Virus record (IMG/VR): IMGVR_UViG_3300037067_003476
Coordinates: 1 to 64,000 of that record
DNA length: 64,000 nucleotides
Source of the DNA: a virus
Taxonomy: Duplodnaviria > Caudoviricetes
Direction: 5' to 3' (one strand)
The notes beneath the pieces were generated by a model that saw nothing but the letters and a program-made list of their open reading frames with translations, was not told the DNA's origin and searched no databases. Shown in pieces: positions 58,983 to 64,000 of this stretch. Position 1 is the stretch's first letter. Each line of letters starts with the position of its first letter. The translations under genes and the position numbers were made by a program.

Positions 58983-59409
58983 AGTTAACGATATATTTGA
59001 CATTGATGCAGACGCTTATGTTAACACAGTGAATTGTGTTGGTGTAATGGGAAAGGGCGTGGCCCTTGCCTTCAAAGCTAGGTATCCAGCGTTAATGACC
59101 CAATACAAAAGATACTGTCGCAATAATATGATCATGCCAGGAGAACTAATGATTTGGAGATCTCCGGATAAAAAGTGGGTTTTTAACGTTGCAACAAAAG
59201 ACCATTGGCGTAACCCATCAAGATATACATGGGTCAGACAGGGACTAAACGAGCTATATAAGTTTTTGGTAAACATGGATATTAAGACAATTGTTATTCC
59301 ACCGCTTGGTTGTGGTTGTGGTGGCCTTGACTGGAATGAAGTGTGGCCAATGATACACAGTTCTCTTAATGACCTGGATATGGAGGTACTTGTCATTGAG
59401 CCCAACTAA
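58966..59409 (+). CDS. Macrodomain protein (DarG-like ADP-ribosylhydrolase)
   Basis: VNTVNCVGVMGKGVALAFK, TKDHW, PPLGCGCGGLDW. Confidence 0.9.
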   Translation: MVKLIRVNDIFDIDADAYVNTVNCVGVMGKGVALAFKARYPALMTQYKRYCRNNMIMPGELMIWRSPDKKWVFNVATKDHWRNPSRYTWVRQGLNELYKFLVNMDIKTIVIPPLGCGCGGLDWNEVWPMIHSSLNDLDMEVLVIEPN

Positions 59410-59977
59410 AACGCAGTTACTGCTAAGCCTTTGTGAACAGATTGCTGGATGTAGGAAATGCGAATTATATCACAAAAGAACTAATTCTGTTTGTGGATAC
59501 GGAAACACAGAAGCGTCTATCATGTTTATTGGTGAGGCCCCAGGAGAACAAGAGGATAGTTGTGGTATACCATTTACTGGCAGGTGCGGAAAATACTTTA
59601 GGAAGTGTTTGCTAGATATTGGATTCGATACCACTCAGCATTTTATAACTAATGCAGTAAGATGTAGACCACCTAAAAATAGAACACCGAAGCCAAACGA
59701 AATAGAAAAGTGTCAACAATGGATACATGCCCAATTAGATATCATCCAGCCCAAAGTAATTGTTTGTGTTGGTAAGGTTGCTGCACAATCGATACTACGT
59801 ATTCCGTCTAGCCAATCATTGCAGTCTATAATGAACAGATGGCATAATCATTGGAAAACTGGGATTAAAACCAGGGCCATTTACCATCCTAGCTACATCA
59901 TGCAACACGGCCGTAAACACGAACGGGTTTTCAGGAATGATTTAATGGAGATATTGAACTATGTCCGAACCCATTAA
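59369..59977 (+). CDS. Uracil-DNA glycosylase family 4 (true start may be TTG 59396)
   Basis: CRKC, GEAPG, F.G, CRPP.NR.P, YHPS. Confidence 0.92.
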   Translation: MTWIWRYLSLSPTKTQLLLSLCEQIAGCRKCELYHKRTNSVCGYGNTEASIMFIGEAPGEQEDSCGIPFTGRCGKYFRKCLLDIGFDTTQHFITNAVRCRPPKNRTPKPNEIEKCQQWIHAQLDIIQPKVIVCVGKVAAQSILRIPSSQSLQSIMNRWHNHWKTGIKTRAIYHPSYIMQHGRKHERVFRNDLMEILNYVRTH

Positions 59978-61700
59978 ATTCGATAGATGTAATTGTTCTA
60001 TTGAACATGGCAAGTTTGATATACGTGAAATCCCATTGGATTGTCCAGTTGTGTGGGACTTGATCAGTAGTGGATATACTACTGGTATCTTTCAACTTGA
60101 AACAAAACTTGGACAAGACTGGGCTAGGAAAGTTAGACCGAGAAGTATTGAAGAGCTGTCGGATTTAATTAGCCTGATGCGGCCAGGGCCGTTAGAGTCA
60201 AATATGGCCCAAGATTATGTTGATATCAAATTCGGAAGAAAGCCATTGGAATATCTACATCCTGTACTAAAACCAATTCTTGAATCTACATATTCAGCTT
60301 TACTATATCAGGAACAAAGTCTTAAGATCGCTGTTGAGATTGCTGGATTTTCGCTGATACAAGCTGATTCACTTAGGAAAAGCCTCGGGAAGAAAGACTC
60401 TGTTTTAATGGCGAAAGCAAAAAAGGAATTTGTGGAGGGAGCAGTTAAAAAGGGACTTGTTACAAAATCTGTAGCAGAAGAAATTTTTGGATGGATTGAA
60501 AAGGGACAACGATATATCTTCAACAAATCACACAGTATCAGCTATGCATCATTAGGATATCAGACAGCATGGCTCAAGGCGCATTTCCCACATGAGTTCT
60601 ATGCATCCTACTTGACGTATGCCAAGTTTAAGGGGGATGAAAAAGAAGAGATATACAAGCTAATACAGGATGCCAGACTGTTTGGGATAGAAACTATTTC
60701 ACCAGACATTAGGCTTGGAAACCCTGAGTTTAGATTAGTTGATGGAAAAATTGCGTATGGTCTAGCAAATATTCGCGGTGTTGGTGATGGCGCAATCAAC
60801 AGGATACTTGGGGCTGGCCAGATAGATACATGGCAAAAGTTTCTAGATGCGGTCCCTGGTCTTCATAGAAACGTCGGTGAAGCCCTAATCAAATCCGGGG
60901 CATGCGATTGCTATGGATTGTCAAGATCTCGCATGATAGCTGAATTACAAGCAGTACTTGGTACAAATGTGCGAGACGAACAAGGGGAGAGGGTGGATAT
61001 CAAGGGATTGACGGATCGGGAAAAGGATTGGTTCTTCACCAATTTTCACAAATTTGGTAGCACGGCGAGTACATTACAGGGAATGATGAATATACAGAAT
61101 ATTGTGCCGGTTGCTAGGTTGACCAAAAAACAGGTTATTGAAACTATACTAGAATTGAATGGCGATATTAAGAGAGATGATATATGTAAGATGAAACGCG
61201 CAGAACTCAATGATATGTTAAGGGAACTTGGGTATGATCCTGGTGAACAAATACGTATTTCCCCTTCTAGAAGATCGGCGATACTTGATAAGATCAAACA
61301 GCTTGATGCGGTTTTTGAAGATACCCCAAGGGTTAAGGCTGAGGCTGAAAAGTATTTTCTTGGAATATCGTTATCGTGCTCACCCGTTGATGGTATTGGG
61401 GATGATCGGGCGACCCATACATGCGTGGATGTTGCCAGGGCATTGAGTGGAGAAGAATGTAGGGTTTGCGCAATTACAGATATGGTTAAGCATACAAAAA
61501 CAAAAAAGGGAAAGAATCCTGGTTCTCCGATGTGCTTCGTGACATTATCGGACTCCACTTACTCATTAGACCATGCTGTTGTATTTCCTGATGCATATCA
61601 GAAAAACAAGGATTTGTGTACTGAAAATTTAATCGTGTTGGTAACAGGGACAAAAAGAGACGGTTCTTTTATTGTCTCTGATATGAAAAAGTTGATATAG
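59961..61700 (+). CDS. dnaE: DNA polymerase III alpha, C-terminal part (fingers, HhH, OB)
   Basis: GIFQLE, RPGP, YQEQ, FNKSH..SY, IRGVG, EKYFLG, OB fold MCFVTLSD. Confidence 0.95.
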   Translation: MSEPIKFDRCNCSIEHGKFDIREIPLDCPVVWDLISSGYTTGIFQLETKLGQDWARKVRPRSIEELSDLISLMRPGPLESNMAQDYVDIKFGRKPLEYLHPVLKPILESTYSALLYQEQSLKIAVEIAGFSLIQADSLRKSLGKKDSVLMAKAKKEFVEGAVKKGLVTKSVAEEIFGWIEKGQRYIFNKSHSISYASLGYQTAWLKAHFPHEFYASYLTYAKFKGDEKEEIYKLIQDARLFGIETISPDIRLGNPEFRLVDGKIAYGLANIRGVGDGAINRILGAGQIDTWQKFLDAVPGLHRNVGEALIKSGACDCYGLSRSRMIAELQAVLGTNVRDEQGERVDIKGLTDREKDWFFTNFHKFGSTASTLQGMMNIQNIVPVARLTKKQVIETILELNGDIKRDDICKMKRAELNDMLRELGYDPGEQIRISPSRRSAILDKIKQLDAVFEDTPRVKAEAEKYFLGISLSCSPVDGIGDDRATHTCVDVARALSGEECRVCAITDMVKHTKTKKGKNPGSPMCFVTLSDSTYSLDHAVVFPDAYQKNKDLCTENLIVLVTGTKRDGSFIVSDMKKLI

Positions 61701-61728
61701 GCAGCCGTAAACTATAGTATAGGAGGAT

Positions 61729-62178
61729 ATGACTATGAATCTAAATGGCTTACAGTGTGTTGGTCGTGGTAATCTTGTATCAAAACCCGAATCTAGAATT
61801 ATTGGAACTAGTGGTAGGGTCGTAACAAATGCAAGAATCGCATTTAATCGCTATTATAAGCAGGGTGAAGATCGCAAGAAAGAAACGGTGTTTCTTGATG
61901 TTTGTGCATTCAATTCGCTAGCTAAACGATTGTCCACCTTTGATAAGGGCGATTATTTAATGATCACTGGAACGATTACGGATGATTCTTATCAGTCTAA
62001 GGAACATGGCATGATTGTCAAAATGAAGGTCATGCTAGATAGTGTTGACAAATTGTATACCGTAGACACTAGCAATAAAGATAGCAAATCTAGCGAGTCA
62101 ACGCCAAGTACGCCAGAACCACCAACCACACCTGAAAATGTGGATTCGGTAGAATACACAGACGAAATCCCGTTTTAA
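61729..62178 (+). CDS. ssb: Single-stranded DNA-binding protein
   Basis: GNL...PE, KG....G, acidic tail DEIPF. Confidence 0.9.
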   Translation: MTMNLNGLQCVGRGNLVSKPESRIIGTSGRVVTNARIAFNRYYKQGEDRKKETVFLDVCAFNSLAKRLSTFDKGDYLMITGTITDDSYQSKEHGMIVKMKVMLDSVDKLYTVDTSNKDSKSSESTPSTPEPPTTPENVDSVEYTDEIPF

Positions 62179-62199
62179 CCAAGAAAGATAGTCTGGGAC

Positions 62200-63696
62200 A
62201 TGGGTAAAAAACGACTACTGTTTGTAGGCGAAGCAAGTTATCTAGCTACTGGTTTTTCTACATATTGGAATGAAGTCATTAAGCGAATAAACGCAACCGG
62301 TAGGTTTGAGGTAGCGGAATTTGGTTCATATGCTGGTGACTCGGATCCAAGAAATCAGCATGTTCCATGGAAATTCTACTCTAACGCCCCAGACCCAAAT
62401 GACCAAGCAGCCAACCAAGCATATCATTCTAGGCACACCAATCAGTTTGGTGAGTGGCGACTTAATGATGTATTGCTAGATTGGAAGCCCGACACACTTC
62501 TCTTATTGCGTGATTTTTGGATGGATGAGTTCGTATTAAGATCTCCTCTTAGGAGTAACTTCAAGGTTATTTGGATGCCGACCATAGACGGCGCACCCCA
62601 ACGCAAACTCTGGGTCGACGCATACAAGCAGTGCGATGCGATAATGACATATTCCCAATGGGGTAAAAATCTACTTGAAAAAGAATATGACCTAAAGGTA
62701 ACTGCGGTAGCATCTCCTGGAGCGGAATTAGATTTGTTCAAGCCAGTTCCAGACAAGGGGGCGCATAAAGCTAAACACGGGATAAACCCTTCGTCATTCA
62801 TTATTGGTACGGTAATGCGAAATCAAAAACGCAAGTTGTATGTAGACCTAATAGAAGCATTCGCCGAATGGCTACGCTCATCAAAGAAAAGTTCTCATCT
62901 AGATATTGCGAAGAAAACGTATTTGTACCTACACACCAGTTATCCAGATGTCGGATATGACATTGGTGACGCAATACAAAAATTCAAGGTTGGCAACAAG
63001 GTACTAATGACATATTTATGTTCTGCTTGTGGAACTGCGTATCCATCATTCTTCTCCGGAGAATGGACGCATTGTCGAAGATGTGGTAAGTTAGCGGCAC
63101 ATCCACCGAACGCCAACCACTCCGTTGGGAGGGATGTTCTTGCTAGTATATACAATCTCTTTGATGTGTATGTACAGTATTCAATTTGTTTGCACCCAGA
63201 TACCCCAATATTGTTAAGTGACTACACACATAAACGGATAGCAGACATTAAATCTGGTGATAAAATTATAAACGGAAATGGGGATACCGTTGATGTTGAT
63301 TGGTGTAAACAAACCAGCAATACGTCATCTACGGTCGAAATAACGACACACGAAAATCCCAAACCAGTCATAGTTACCAAGGACCATCGTGTTCTAACTA
63401 TGAACGAAAATGGTGAATTTGTATTTATAGAAGCCAAGGATCTTCTGAATAAATGGGTCGTTTGCCCAGCCAATAACGCCAAGATTTTTGACGCTATCAA
63501 GATACATAACCCAAGGAAGAATAGTAAATACAGGAAAAAATACAAAGACTATCTTTTGATAAAGGTTAAGTCGGTCGAACCAAGCGACTATACCGGCCCT
63601 GTCTACGATCTTGCGGTTGTTCCGCCGAAAGGGGGTGATGCCAACTCTCGCAGTTTCGTTGCGAACCATTTCGTAACACATAACTGTGAGGGTTAA
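62200..63696 (+). CDS. GT4 glycosyltransferase with zinc-ribbon insert and intein; ends at TAA inside the catalytic motif
   Basis: TGF, RDFW, RNQKRK, YNLFDVYVQYSI-[intein]-CEG*. Confidence 0.88.
   Translation: MGKKRLLFVGEASYLATGFSTYWNEVIKRINATGRFEVAEFGSYAGDSDPRNQHVPWKFYSNAPDPNDQAANQAYHSRHTNQFGEWRLNDVLLDWKPDTLLLLRDFWMDEFVLRSPLRSNFKVIWMPTIDGAPQRKLWVDAYKQCDAIMTYSQWGKNLLEKEYDLKVTAVASPGAELDLFKPVPDKGAHKAKHGINPSSFIIGTVMRNQKRKLYVDLIEAFAEWLRSSKKSSHLDIAKKTYLYLHTSYPDVGYDIGDAIQKFKVGNKVLMTYLCSACGTAYPSFFSGEWTHCRRCGKLAAHPPNANHSVGRDVLASIYNLFDVYVQYSICLHPDTPILLSDYTHKRIADIKSGDKIINGNGDTVDVDWCKQTSNTSSTVEITTHENPKPVIVTKDHRVLTMNENGEFVFIEAKDLLNKWVVCPANNAKIFDAIKIHNPRKNSKYRKKYKDYLLIKVKSVEPSDYTGPVYDLAVVPPKGGDANSRSFVANHFVTHNCEG
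63187..63684 (+). mobile_element. Mini-intein (166 aa, no homing endonuclease)
   Basis: Block A CLHPDTPI, block B VTKDHRVL, block F VYDLAV, block G FVANHFVTHN followed by Cys+1. Confidence 0.93.
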
Positions 63697-64000
63697 CTAG
63701 GCTGGGGGATGCCTATAATCGAGAGTATGAGTTGCGCTGTCCCTGCAATGGTGGTAAACTATTCAGCGATGGAAGATCATGCAAAAATGCCGGGTGGTAT
63801 CCCAATTAATGTTGGAAGATACTTTTATGAAGCTGTAATCGAAACGGAACAAAGACGGGCATTGCCAGACAATAAACATTTTGGAGAACAACTAAACCGT
63901 ATTGTCAAGATGAAACCTGGACAAAGAGAAGAATTAGCTAGACGAACACATAATTATATCGTTGAGCCAGCAGAAGTATTCGGCCAAACAGAAAAATTAC
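63697..64000 (+). CDS. In-frame continuation of the GT4 (LGWGMPIIESMSCAVP...), 3' partial
   Basis: Same frame as 62200, open to the window end; completes the EGxGxPxxE motif. Confidence 0.85.

Noticed and set aside
20490-63681. Numerous other minus-strand ORFs in the track
   Set aside because: All overlap well-supported + strand genes and lack motifs.
10457-63696. Genome-wide TAA reassignment suggested by three in-frame TAAs
   Set aside because: TAA ends many clearly complete genes (ssb, nrdJ, primase, xer), and the only tRNA is a normal Lys(UUU).
63692-63700. GTTAACTAG as a GT-AG spliceosomal intron
   Set aside because: Bacteriophage context and only 9 nt; the match is coincidental.

Overview
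A 64-kb segment of a large dsDNA bacteriophage (or phage-like element) genome, with essentially all genes on the + strand and no virion structural genes in view. The left ~29 kb is an accessory region of short, tightly packed ORFs. It includes two paralogous leucine-rich-repeat (LRR) loci, a tRNA-Lys(UUU), DUF262, a phosphoribosyltransferase, a tyrosine phosphatase, two radical SAM enzymes, a GATase-II/amidoligase pair, MgtC, a dispersed Ycf46-AAA/DUF3150/DUF1257/DUF2997 module, several decayed genes and a single antisense lipoprotein-like gene. A ~140-nt pyrimidine tract at ~29.1 kb marks the change to a core region: amidoligase, BrxL-like ATPase, Xer recombinase, ClpP, sigma factor, a nucleotide-sugar/glycosyltransferase operon, dCMP deaminase, class II RNR, RNase H, RecA, DnaB, primase, dNMP kinase, a DnaE split into two genes around macrodomain and UDG genes, SSB, and an intein-containing GT4 glycosyltransferase. 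The most notable signals are three. (1) The variable LRR loci have binding-face codons that vary only at positions 1-2 of NNT/NNC codons, and the second copy is interrupted by a stop. (2) A 9-nt stop-containing insert bounded by matched Gly codons (GGT TAA CTA GGC) sits inside the GT4 catalytic motif, right after a mini-intein. (3) The DnaE split carries no intein. All family assignments come from motif recognition by eye; no database searches were run.
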